Of a stretch of DNA of 25,266 bases, positions 7,817 through 16,245 are shown piece after piece. Every line of letters starts with the position of its first letter. The stretch's first letter is position 1. The translations under genes and the position numbers were made by a program. Source of the DNA: a virus; IMG/VR virus record IMGVR_UViG_3300021590_000007; one strand, written 5' to 3'. Below the pieces are notes generated by a model, which worked only from the letters and a program-made list of their open reading frames with translations, made no database searches and was not told the DNA's origin.

Positions 7817-8787
7817 TTTTCTACAAAAATCTTTTTAATATTTTTCATGATTTTGGAGTTAGATTTTTTTGAGAGTTCTATAATTTTTTCAATTGTCTTG
7901 TGTGATGAAAGTAATTTAACAGCCGTATTATATCCTATCCCTGGCACACTCATAAGCGTTTGAACCCTGAGTTCGGTCCATGACTTATTTTTCTTTTTTA
8001 CTATAGGTTTAGGAGTATAGCTATGAGTATCTATCAATCGTTTGAAATAAGTATAAAAGTATTCAGATGCCTCTGCTTTATCAAATTCTCTCCATATAAT
8101 TCCATTAGCATCTAATGCTACCTTTGCTCCTGCTACTGAATTCATCAGCATCTTTGGACTACGACTATATTTAAGTTCTTTTAGTTTTTCATATTCATTC
8201 GTGTCAATCCACACAAAAACTCCATTAGGATATACTTCTTTTGCTTGATATAATTTACTCCAAAAATCTTCTTTCCTGATACTCTGAGCAAAGTCATTAA
8301 AAGTTTTTCGTTCTATTAGACAGCCGTCAAAAACTATATCACCTAATTCTAATTTTTTAATTTCTACTGGAAAATCAGATTGCCAATCGAATAGATGTTG
8401 TACATCTTTATTTCTTTCTCGTGAATCTATGTATATAGTTTTATTTTCATTATCTAAGACTTCTGCTTTCTTTTTGTTGTTTTTCAGACAGTCCTGCTCT
8501 TCAAACGGATTACGTAAAAAAATCACATTCGGAAAATGAGTGTGAAGTTCTGCACGAGATACCATAGCTGGAGAGTCTATATCTACTCTCACATCAGGAA
8601 AAGCATAAGAACCGTACCATAGAGGTAAATCATTATAAGGAACTTTATTATTTAGTTGCGGTTCTGGCTTTTTTACACATTCAGGACAACGAGTTGTTGC
8701 ATAAGTTTTATCATTTTTATTATCATAAAACAATACTAAATTCCAAGCTGTCTTACCACACAGATTGCATACTGGATATTCGCTCAT
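7813..8787 (-). CDS. ERCC4/XPF (Hef-like) structure-specific endonuclease with N-terminal Zn ribbon and C-terminal HhH
   Basis: IYIDSRE, KLELGDI, IERKTFNDFAQSI (ERKxxxD), HhH VPGIGYNTA; N-terminal CNLC...CPEC. Confidence 0.92.
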   Translation of the reverse strand: MSEYPVCNLCGKTAWNLVLFYDNKNDKTYATTRCPECVKKPEPQLNNKVPYNDLPLWYGSYAFPDVRVDIDSPAMVSRAELHTHFPNVIFLRNPFEEQDCLKNNKKKAEVLDNENKTIYIDSRERNKDVQHLFDWQSDFPVEIKKLELGDIVFDGCLIERKTFNDFAQSIRKEDFWSKLYQAKEVYPNGVFVWIDTNEYEKLKELKYSRSPKMLMNSVAGAKVALDANGIIWREFDKAEASEYFYTYFKRLIDTHSYTPKPIVKKKNKSWTELRVQTLMSVPGIGYNTAVKLLSSHKTIEKIIELSKKSNSKIMKNIKKIFVEK

Positions 8788-8852
8788 TTTCTATTTTCAA
8801 ATCTCAAAAGTTTTAATTTCCTTAATTTCATATCCCAGTTTTTCTATCTCTT

Positions 8853-9035
8853 TTATTGACCGATTACGTTGTTCCTTATTAAAAAATCAGGTAGATAAAG
8901 TAGCTTAGATTCTTGATCATAAATGCCTATCCCGTAAGATACACAATAATTAAAGTCAAAAACATAATTATGTAAAGCGTCTTCAAAAGAGGAGTATTCA
9001 TCTACTTTTCTTTGCCAATATCTATAAAAATACAT
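8853..9035 (-). CDS. Hypothetical protein
   Basis: 60-aa co-oriented ORF. Confidence 0.55.
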   Translation of the reverse strand: MYFYRYWQRKVDEYSSFEDALHNYVFDFNYCVSYGIGIYDQESKLLYLPDFLIRNNVIGQ

Positions 9036-9072
9036 ACTTAAATCTCTTCATTGACAGTCTAAAACTATTCTT

Positions 9073-9267
9073 CTACTTTATTTCTATCTTCGCATGATAG
9101 GACTGTTCAAAGTATTTACTCTTACCTTCAAAATTATATAGTATGGTATCAGCTATTACTTGAAGCAAGTCCTTCAAATTCGAAGCTAAAAGTCTTTCAG
9201 CTCTATCTTCATATTCTATAATCAACACATACTCATCTTCGTTTTTATAAATCATAAATTTTAGCAT
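9073..9267 (-). CDS. Hypothetical protein
   Basis: 64-aa ORF with purine-rich RBS (GAGGG). Confidence 0.65.
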   Translation of the reverse strand: MLKFMIYKNEDEYVLIIEYEDRAERLLASNLKDLLQVIADTILYNFEGKSKYFEQSYHAKIEIK

Positions 9268-9278
9268 CTTCTTTCCCT

Positions 9279-9530
9279 CTAACTTTTGAATATGACTATC
9301 TTCATTAATCTGGACTGTCTGATACCAACTCTACATTGATAGTGTTTTTCGCATGTTTCACAATATCCCTCAGCAGTGATAAAACCAATATCCGTATTTA
9401 GATTATTTGGTATATAATCTCCAACATCTATGAAACTACTCTCATCAGAGACGGTATAGCATTTTAATAGATGATTTTCAGCATTACAGTATGGGCATCT
9501 GTGATTTATGTTTAGGCTCAACCATGACAT
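9279..9530 (-). CDS. Zn-finger protein
   Basis: CPYC ... CETC pair. Confidence 0.75.
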   Translation of the reverse strand: MSWLSLNINHRCPYCNAENHLLKCYTVSDESSFIDVGDYIPNNLNTDIGFITAEGYCETCEKHYQCRVGIRQSRLMKIVIFKS

Positions 9531-9697
9531 TATTCATACCAAAGTTCTTTGATCTCTACCAAACCCACTCCAAATATTATAAGCATCCAAGCGAGAAATA
9601 ACGGGAATTCCGTATCCCAGTATTTTAGCATTAAAACTATTCCAAGGATAGTAATAATTTTACCCAGATATCTAAATGGAAAGTGTTTCCATGTCAT
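9530..9697 (-). CDS. Small two-helix membrane protein (55 aa, not in ORF track)
   Basis: MTWKHFPFRYLGKIITILGIVLMLKYWDTEFPLFLAWMLIIFGVGLVEIKELWYE; ATGA overlap with the upstream gene. Confidence 0.7.
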   Translation of the reverse strand: MTWKHFPFRYLGKIITILGIVLMLKYWDTEFPLFLAWMLIIFGVGLVEIKELWYE

Positions 9698-9888
9698 TCT
9701 TTGATTATAATCTCTTTTAAATAATTATAAGTACGAGCTGGTAAGTATTTGCGCAAGATGTTAGCAAGCAATTGTGCTTCTCTCATGAATACTGAATTAT
9801 GCTGATAACTGAAAAGCATTGGTGAGATTCTTATGTAGATATCTTCATTTAGTGATCTTGTTCCTGTTATCTGGAATTCCTGAGTCAT
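9694..9888 (-). CDS. Hypothetical protein
   Basis: 64 aa, GGAGG RBS. Confidence 0.7.
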   Translation of the reverse strand: MTQEFQITGTRSLNEDIYIRISPMLFSYQHNSVFMREAQLLANILRKYLPARTYNYLKEIIIKE

Positions 9889-9975
9889 CCATTTCCTCCT
9901 TGATTTTTCCTATTTTATTCTTTATTTCTTTTAGTTTATCAAATGCATTATTCAATTGGTATTCAATTTCATCTA

Positions 9976-10272
9976 TCATCGGTAAAGAGTATTAATATCC
10001 GATTCATCTTCGAGGCTTTCTGTAAGTTTAAGAATTTTTTTGTCATTTAAATCCATTGCACTCTCCATTTCCTTGATCTCACTATAAATTTCTTCTGCTT
10101 CATCTTTTACGTCTTTCATTTGTAATTGTAATTCTTCTAAATTTTGACGTAGTTCTTTACGTTCACGAATAAGTTTTAAAATTTCTTTCATTATCTCATC
10201 CTTTCTATTGTCTCTGAGCCTCATTAGCCTACTCAATCTTACTTTTAATTTCATCCAATATTGTTTTAGCAT
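9976..10272 (-). CDS. Acidic coiled-coil protein
   Basis: Heptad-rich E/K/L sequence; the true start is probably an internal Met. Confidence 0.7.
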   Translation of the reverse strand: MLKQYWMKLKVRLSRLMRLRDNRKDEIMKEILKLIRERKELRQNLEELQLQMKDVKDEAEEIYSEIKEMESAMDLNDKKILKLTESLEDESDINTLYR

Positions 10273-10741
10273 CCATGTTGCGAGGTCTTTTTATTGTACA
10301 TGAATATTTGATTGTGCTTTCACTACCTATCTTAATTCTTATATCTATATCCACATCTCGATAATTTTCAGTTGAAGGAACTTTAACTTCTTCCCGGTTT
10401 TCTTGCGGATATTTGACATACAGATATTCCAAACCATGAGTATCAAAAATGCTAAGTATATCTGTATATATTGCAGGTTTTTCACCAGGCGCTCCTATAT
10501 ATACGAAACGTCTTGGTGGCGGAGTAATAATCGCACGTGGATAGGCGTGTAGACTCTGAATCCAAGCTATCGCATATTTTTCTTTTTCATCTACCTTACA
10601 GAGGTATGGAACATTAGGTTGCGGAGTAGTAGGATCTGCGCGATGTAATATAGCTATCTTTCCATTAGCAAGTCTTGATATCCAGTTCTTATCATCCTTA
10701 TCTCTATGAAATACCAAAACTTGATTATCTTTATCTTCCAT
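10229..10741 (-). CDS. Hypothetical protein
   Basis: 170-aa ORF directly after the phosphoesterase. Confidence 0.75.
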   Translation of the reverse strand: MEDKDNQVLVFHRDKDDKNWISRLANGKIAILHRADPTTPQPNVPYLCKVDEKEKYAIAWIQSLHAYPRAIITPPPRRFVYIGAPGEKPAIYTDILSIFDTHGLEYLYVKYPQENREEVKVPSTENYRDVDIDIRIKIGSESTIKYSCTIKRPRNMDAKTILDEIKSKIE

Positions 10742-10746
10742 TTTCT

Positions 10747-11526
10747 TTATAACACATAAATATTTTTACGTTCACTTTTTAGTTTGAACAAATATGGTCT
10801 AACATAAATATTATTATCTTCATTTATGCTAAGAAGTACAGCTCCTATATCCGGCTGTCTGAAATACCAACGAGTGATGAATCTACCTTTTCTTATCGCA
10901 TTCCATCCCGGGATATAAATAAAGTGTTTATTATGAATTGCAAAATAGCTATAAATGTGAAAGTGTGCACGTACTATCACAGAAACATCCGGCATTTTCA
11001 ATAGATGTTCGGTTAGGATGGCATTAAATATGTCTTGATTCATACGGGTACCTATATAGATAGGTCTCGATCCTATGCCATGTGCAATATTAATTACAAC
11101 ATCTGTACCCTTTAATCGAACATTACTTATAGCACCACCAAATTTGGCGTGTAAAACTTCTGCTAATCCTCTATCTATATCATAATCAATAGAAGAGTGG
11201 TAACGACTGCCTGTAATTACCACTATCTTTCTTCCTTTTGTTACTGGTTTTAACAGTTTAATTGCGCATTGCAATTGATCATGTAAATCACAATCAATTA
11301 CATCTTTACCAAATTCTTTAGAACCTAATCCATGAGTAATATCACCTAACAAAAATACTGCTTCATAATCTGGTAATTTTTCTTGTAAAAGAAGCCACTT
11401 TTCGTATAATTCTTCCTGTAGTGGAGATAACTTTATCTTTTGACCCTCTCTTGTAACAAAATCTGGATGCCATAATCCTTCTGTACTACCACAATGTAAA
11501 TCTCCTAATAAAAGAATATTTCTCAT
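10747..11526 (-). CDS. Calcineurin-like metallophosphoesterase
   Basis: GDLHCG (DxH), LGDITHG (GD), GSRYH (GNH-equivalent), AHG, AHFH (HxH). Confidence 0.9.
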   Translation of the reverse strand: MRNILLLGDLHCGSTEGLWHPDFVTREGQKIKLSPLQEELYEKWLLLQEKLPDYEAVFLLGDITHGLGSKEFGKDVIDCDLHDQLQCAIKLLKPVTKGRKIVVITGSRYHSSIDYDIDRGLAEVLHAKFGGAISNVRLKGTDVVINIAHGIGSRPIYIGTRMNQDIFNAILTEHLLKMPDVSVIVRAHFHIYSYFAIHNKHFIYIPGWNAIRKGRFITRWYFRQPDIGAVLLSINEDNNIYVRPYLFKLKSERKNIYVL

Positions 11527-11717
11527 AAGATAATCTCATTTACTTTTTCATAGTCTATTTTTATCTTTTCTTTTGTTAATCCAAGCGAACTTGCTTTCTT
11601 CTGTATGGCATTGATAGTGCGATGTGGTAAATGCCGCTCTTTAATGATTTTTGCAGTGACATCAGGTTTCTTCCATAAAGATTTTAAAATTTCTTCTTCT
11701 TCCTTACTCCAATACAT
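11523..11717 (-). CDS. SANT/Myb-like HTH DNA-binding protein
   Basis: WSKEEEEILK...HRTINAIQKKASSLGL pattern. Confidence 0.75.
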   Translation of the reverse strand: MYWSKEEEEILKSLWKKPDVTAKIIKERHLPHRTINAIQKKASSLGLTKEKIKIDYEKVNEIIL

Positions 11718-11719
11718 TT

Positions 11720-12121
11720 CTATTTAACAACACCTATCTCAGATAACCAAAGCAGCATTCTGGCAAGTGCATTTTCGAGTTTTCGCTCACACCGAGTGAT
11801 TTCACCCCTGTCTGGTTTATAAGATACTTTGTAAAAAATTTCATTTTTTGAGATAGAGAAATAGAGGCGAATTCCTTGAAAAGTAAAAGAAAATGGTAAT
11901 TTTTCAATTAGTTGAGAAGTTGTATAAGTAGGTATTCTTTCCTTAATTTTAGAATGGCGTTTGTCGTAATCACATTCACTTATCACACAGTCACTATGTC
12001 CATCATCCCATACTCGCCAATAAAAAGGGGTAGGATACTCTATATTCAGTTCTTTTAATTTTCTTGCAAGTGCTAAAGAAACAACAATATCTTCAAGATG
12101 ATAGCTCGAATACATTTCCAT
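11720..12121 (-). CDS. Conserved viral hypothetical protein
   Basis: VSLALARKLKEL...YW...PTYTTSQLIEKLP...ALARMLLWL resembles a phage hypothetical family. Confidence 0.7.
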   Translation of the reverse strand: MEMYSSYHLEDIVVSLALARKLKELNIEYPTPFYWRVWDDGHSDCVISECDYDKRHSKIKERIPTYTTSQLIEKLPFSFTFQGIRLYFSISKNEIFYKVSYKPDRGEITRCERKLENALARMLLWLSEIGVVK

Positions 12122-12143
12122 TATTTAGTTTGTATCATTTCTG

Positions 12144-12494
12144 TTACTGTTTTGCATTATTCCTGATTACTATTTCAAAAGGCTTTAACACATCATTCAA
12201 GTTCCGAAGAATTTCTTGTTGATAATCGTAGAGTTCTTTTACCGATTTAGCAGCAGAATTTCTCAATTTTGCATCAATATATGCCTTTAAAGCATTTTCT
12301 AATGTTGTAAAATATCCAGCTGCTACAAATCCTTTCTTCCAAGTTGATTTTGGTTCGATTTCTTCATCTAAAATTTCATCTTCTTTCTCCTTGGCTTTCT
12401 TATAAAGAATCCATTGCACGGAATCACTACCTAATTTCCACTCTTTATCCAAATCAATTCTAACACCTCTTGACCCTTTTTTATTTTTTTTCAT
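12144..12494 (-). CDS. DUF5405-like phage protein
   Basis: LGSDSVQWILYKK ... GYFTTLENALKAY ... SAAKSVKEL. Confidence 0.6.
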   Translation of the reverse strand: MKKNKKGSRGVRIDLDKEWKLGSDSVQWILYKKAKEKEDEILDEEIEPKSTWKKGFVAAGYFTTLENALKAYIDAKLRNSAAKSVKELYDYQQEILRNLNDVLKPFEIVIRNNAKQ

Positions 12495-12525
12495 TTTTTA
12501 TTTATCTACTTCAGATGCTACGATT

Positions 12526-12672
12526 CTATCCATTTCTTAATAATTCTAATATTTCTTCACATTCTCTTCGACTTATCCAGCCGTTTTGGTAAAAAAACCT
12601 AACTACTTCTTTAAATTTCTCTTCAAATGGTTCGATTTCTTCTAATCCAATTACATCATCTATCCCAATCAT
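12526..12672 (-). CDS. Small hypothetical protein (48 aa, not in ORF track)
   Basis: MIGIDDVIGLEE...LELLRNG; ATGA overlap with the upstream gene. Confidence 0.6.
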   Translation of the reverse strand: MIGIDDVIGLEEIEPFEEKFKEVVRFFYQNGWISRRECEEILELLRNG

Positions 12673-12869
12673 CTTTTTGAATAAGGTTCTTTGTCACTCT
12701 CCAAACTTTTTATTTGCTTCTCCAATCCATCTAAGCGCTTCTTCATCTGATCAATATTTTCATAAACATCATGAAGTAGACTATCGTGAAGTTTACTATC
12801 TTCTTCCAAATTTTCTATGCGTTTTACGAAATCCTCTAAATCTAATGGAGTTATAACTTCTATTTTCAT
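12669..12869 (-). CDS. Coiled-coil protein
   Basis: 66 aa with heptad periodicity; coupled overlaps on both sides. Confidence 0.7.
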   Translation of the reverse strand: MKIEVITPLDLEDFVKRIENLEEDSKLHDSLLHDVYENIDQMKKRLDGLEKQIKSLESDKEPYSKR

Positions 12870-13204
12870 ATTTCTTCTTCAATTTCTAAATATAAAATAT
12901 TATTTTTAATTTGCCAAGTTTTTATTTCTGGGTGGTTATTGAGAAGTCTATAGATAATTTCTGTTTCTTCTTTTGATAAAACTCTATCTGCATAATTTCC
13001 AAATACTGGAAAAGCACTGTTAATTTCATCTTCACTAAGAATTCTATTATGGACTTCAACACTATCAAATACTACGTTCTCATTACAGTAGCCTATCAAA
13101 TGCCATTCTCCATCAGCTGGAATTTCAATATATTCATCTATGCCATTAAAATTAATGCAAACTTGAAAATTTAACTTTTCCTCCTGAGGCATAGATTCAT
13201 TCAT
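12866..13204 (-). CDS. Protein built from LamG/concanavalin-A-like motif fragments
   Basis: FNGIDEYIEIP, DGEWHLI, FDSVEVHNRILSEDEI, DRVLSKEE within 112 aa. Confidence 0.55.
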   Translation of the reverse strand: MNESMPQEEKLNFQVCINFNGIDEYIEIPADGEWHLIGYCNENVVFDSVEVHNRILSEDEINSAFPVFGNYADRVLSKEETEIIYRLLNNHPEIKTWQIKNNILYLEIEEEI

Positions 13205-13290
13205 ATCTTATCCTTCGCCAGATGTAAAATAATGCGATTCAACGAAATGTTTTAATGCAGGTATAGTAAAATATCTAATAAACAAAAAAA

Positions 13291-13335
13291 AAAAAATTCG
13301 CATGAACATTAAATATATGCGTCTGGTGCAGTTTC
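13291..13335 (+). repeat. Dispersed copy of the control-region repeat unit
   Basis: 36/45 identical, ungapped, to 22047-22091. Weaker similarity extends left to about 13215. Confidence 0.85.
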
Positions 13336-13356
13336 TTATGTGTAGTCTATGAGTAG

Positions 13357-13548
13357 TTATTCATCTTCATCCATGTCTTCTCGCATATTTTTATAATTAC
13401 CATCTGAGCGAGGATATAACCTTATCCAACTATCATCGTAAGGGAGATAGGTTTCGGGAACATCATAGTACGCAAGTCTAACATTCGGCATACGAGGACT
13501 TAAACCGTATAGTTCTGGCAACTCGATAAGGAGGTACATAGTGGACAT
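13357..13548 (-). CDS. Hypothetical protein
   Basis: 63 aa, GGAG RBS, acidic tail. Confidence 0.5.
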   Translation of the reverse strand: MSTMYLLIELPELYGLSPRMPNVRLAYYDVPETYLPYDDSWIRLYPRSDGNYKNMREDMDEDE

Positions 13549-13602
13549 CTCCGTCTCTACATTCTACATAGCCACCGAAAACAAGAAATTTTTTCTTTTC
13601 TT

Positions 13603-14472
13603 TCATTCTTGTAATAAACTCTTATTCCACTCTATCCGCGTTCCTTCATTTGATATGTAAACATCAGCAACCGTCGTCCCTCTGGCTAAATCACGACATC
13701 CCCAAGCATTCAACACTGAGTGAGTCATAGTAGGTGTTCTCTCCTTTGCCTCCATGAAAAGTATTGTTTTAGCAATATATTTAGTTTTATCCCCGAAGGG
13801 TGGAATATCACTTTTTTTCTTGAATGGCGCAGAAGTACTCATTTCCGACTTCATTTGATTAGTAACAATAGCAAAACCACCCGTTTTGAAACACCATTTC
13901 TTGAGTTTTCCGAATATAGCTGACATTAACAATAATGCTTCACCTCGTTCTTTCATTGACATCTCTGCAAATGTGATTAGTATTGGCATTCCGATAGAAT
14001 CTAAAATTACTATGTCTATACTATCATCGAGGTTATCGATAAGTTCTTTCAATGCGAGTGTATCTAAGCATACAACATAATTATCACCAAGCATCAACCT
14101 ATCTTTTTCTGAAATATTCCGCTCTGTGTCGATGAATAATGGAGTGTCCCCTGCCATCATTGCTTCTTTTGCTAATTGAGTTGCGACTTTCGATTTGCCC
14201 GACCGTGTATCTCCAAATATCTGTACCACATCACCTTCTCCGAACAGTTTACGCATTATTTCTAAACTCTTAAGATTCTTCTTGCCTTCTATTAAACTTT
14301 CTCCGAATCTCTTCACCAGCTTTCTTTCTTTTGAACGTTTTTTTGTAAATTCTGTTTGACACTTATAACATAATTTCTTGCCTTCAAATGCCGTAGGGTT
14401 TTCTTCGAGATACTTTATAACCTTTTCAGTTAATTTCTTTCCACAATTCTCACATATAACTTCTGATTCCAT
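13603..14472 (-). CDS. RadB/RecA-superfamily ATPase with N-terminal Zn finger
   Basis: Walker A GDTRSGKS, FIDTE, Walker B IVILDS, IVTNQ; N-terminal CENC...LCYKCQ. Confidence 0.88.
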   Translation of the reverse strand: MESEVICENCGKKLTEKVIKYLEENPTAFEGKKLCYKCQTEFTKKRSKERKLVKRFGESLIEGKKNLKSLEIMRKLFGEGDVVQIFGDTRSGKSKVATQLAKEAMMAGDTPLFIDTERNISEKDRLMLGDNYVVCLDTLALKELIDNLDDSIDIVILDSIGMPILITFAEMSMKERGEALLLMSAIFGKLKKWCFKTGGFAIVTNQMKSEMSTSAPFKKKSDIPPFGDKTKYIAKTILFMEAKERTPTMTHSVLNAWGCRDLARGTTVADVYISNEGTRIEWNKSLLQE

Positions 14473-15032
14473 TATCCTACTACTCGATCAACAACCGATT
14501 TTATAACCACATCAGAGACCTGTACGCCTTCGACCTTCAGATACTCTTTAACCCATAGTAATATTTCTTCTTTTGATTTATCTCCACTAGACATTACCTT
14601 CTTTACTATTTCCTCAATCTTATTTTCATCTACTATTTCTGGCTCTTTTGCAGGCTTTCTGTATACAACTTCATAATTGTAATTTCCCATGCCAGTAATC
14701 GTGAACACACTACCCTGCATATTAAGTGGATCTCCACCAGCATTTTCTACTACTCTCCACATCTGCGTTGCCAATCCTGCATTTAACTTGAATGCTTTCT
14801 TTCTATCATCCTTTAAGTCACGTACCAGTATTTGTGGTTGTGTCCAATCTACCGTCCTATCATCCAATCCTGTTTCTCCTTCATATACTTGCGTAAAAGT
14901 ATCATCAAGAATCTCTATGTGTATCTCTTCTCCTCTGTTTTTGGGTGGAAACAAAAATCCTATTCTTTTCTCACGCTCTTCTACTTCTCTTCTCGCTTCT
15001 TCAAATACTCCTCTATCCCATTTTTTTGCCAT
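14472..15032 (-). CDS. Putative ssDNA-binding (OB-fold-like) protein
   Basis: Beta-rich core with aromatic residues, located between the primase and the RecA-type ATPase. The call comes mainly from context. Confidence 0.4.
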   Translation of the reverse strand: MAKKWDRGVFEEARREVEEREKRIGFLFPPKNRGEEIHIEILDDTFTQVYEGETGLDDRTVDWTQPQILVRDLKDDRKKAFKLNAGLATQMWRVVENAGGDPLNMQGSVFTITGMGNYNYEVVYRKPAKEPEIVDENKIEEIVKKVMSSGDKSKEEILLWVKEYLKVEGVQVSDVVIKSVVDRVVG

Positions 15033-15051
15033 TTTTAATTCATTCCTCCTT

Positions 15052-15360
15052 TTAATAATATTTAGGTAAAAATTTATCTTTTATTTTAAATAGAGGTATT
15101 CTTATTCTTCTACCCTCTAATAATTCTTTCATTTCATCTAACCTTAAAATATTAGGAGCTAATGCTGAAGTTACATAAGCAATATCTCCTGAACGCCATA
15201 GATATCTGACAGGTTTTTCCCAATCTATTTCATTCTGCGGTATATTGATTATCTCAAATCGAGTATTCTGACACTGAACACATCGCCATAATTCATTAGA
15301 CTGACATTCATGAAGAGTTTCTTGTTTACAATAATCACAATACATATCTTTTACTATCAT
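15052..15360 (-). CDS. Zn-ribbon protein
   Basis: CDYC...CVQC. Start placed at 15360 (ATGA overlap with the primase stop). Confidence 0.75.
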   Translation of the reverse strand: MIVKDMYCDYCKQETLHECQSNELWRCVQCQNTRFEIINIPQNEIDWEKPVRYLWRSGDIAYVTSALAPNILRLDEMKELLEGRRIRIPLFKIKDKFLPKYY

Positions 15361-16244
15361 ATTAAATCTTCCAAATTTGGTATTTTCTTTTTTCTTAGAG
15401 GGCATGATGGTAAACAAATATCTTCTTTACACCCAACTAAATAATTTCGTTCCATAGTATATTTAATTTGATAGGCTGTTATACGACTATCAAAATCAGA
15501 CCATCCACAAGATTTACATGCATTATAAATCCCATTAAAATTCAATCCTCGTTCTTGAAGAATTTTAACGTACATCCATCGTATCTTATGATCAACTTCT
15601 GCTTGTTTTACTCTTTTGAATATGCACGGTGGATTGAATGATGAGATGTTGAAAGGAAATCTTACTATATCTTTAGATAAATTATTAATAATACAGTCAT
15701 CTAAGTCTTCTTTATCTGAAGAAAGATAATCATAAATATTAAGAAGACTGCCTTCTTGTTTCAGGAATGTTAAACATAAATTACCACTTTTAGGGTTTAC
15801 TGTTCCTGGTATTCTTTTTAATCGACGTATATCAAAACAATGAGTATCAATAGTTTTAAGTTTTAATTCTGATTGTAAATATCTACCAAACTTTCTAAAT
15901 GCACGATTAGTAACAGAAATAAATGGATCCAGTTCTATCAAGATATGAATGCCCTTGAATCCTGATATATCACAAGTATAATTTAACTGTTCTTCTTCTA
16001 AGAAATTTAGAACTTTGGCTGCATCTTCATTAACTAATGTATCTTCACCGTCCAAGTCAATGAAAAACCATATAGGAAATATATTACCAGCGTCATCAAA
16101 TTCTGCAATGCTTAGAAAACAATCTCGATAGCCATTATTATTTTCAATAGCCTCGATTAGCTCATCTTTGTTTCTAACTTTGAATTGACTGGGATTTCCG
16201 AAATAGCGATAGCGATATCTAGAAAACGATAAGAAGTTTCGCAT
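15357..16244 (-). CDS. priS: Archaeo-eukaryotic primase: PriS catalytic domain fused to PriL-like C-terminal Cys domain
   Basis: FIDLD, SGFKGIH, DIRRLKRIPGTVNPKSG. C-terminal PPC...HKIR...DFDSRITAYQI...Y..GC...C...CP. Confidence 0.9.
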   Translation of the reverse strand: MRNFLSFSRYRYRYFGNPSQFKVRNKDELIEAIENNNGYRDCFLSIAEFDDAGNIFPIWFFIDLDGEDTLVNEDAAKVLNFLEEEQLNYTCDISGFKGIHILIELDPFISVTNRAFRKFGRYLQSELKLKTIDTHCFDIRRLKRIPGTVNPKSGNLCLTFLKQEGSLLNIYDYLSSDKEDLDDCIINNLSKDIVRFPFNISSFNPPCIFKRVKQAEVDHKIRWMYVKILQERGLNFNGIYNACKSCGWSDFDSRITAYQIKYTMERNYLVGCKEDICLPSCPLRKKKIPNLEDLI

Positions 16245-16245
16245 T

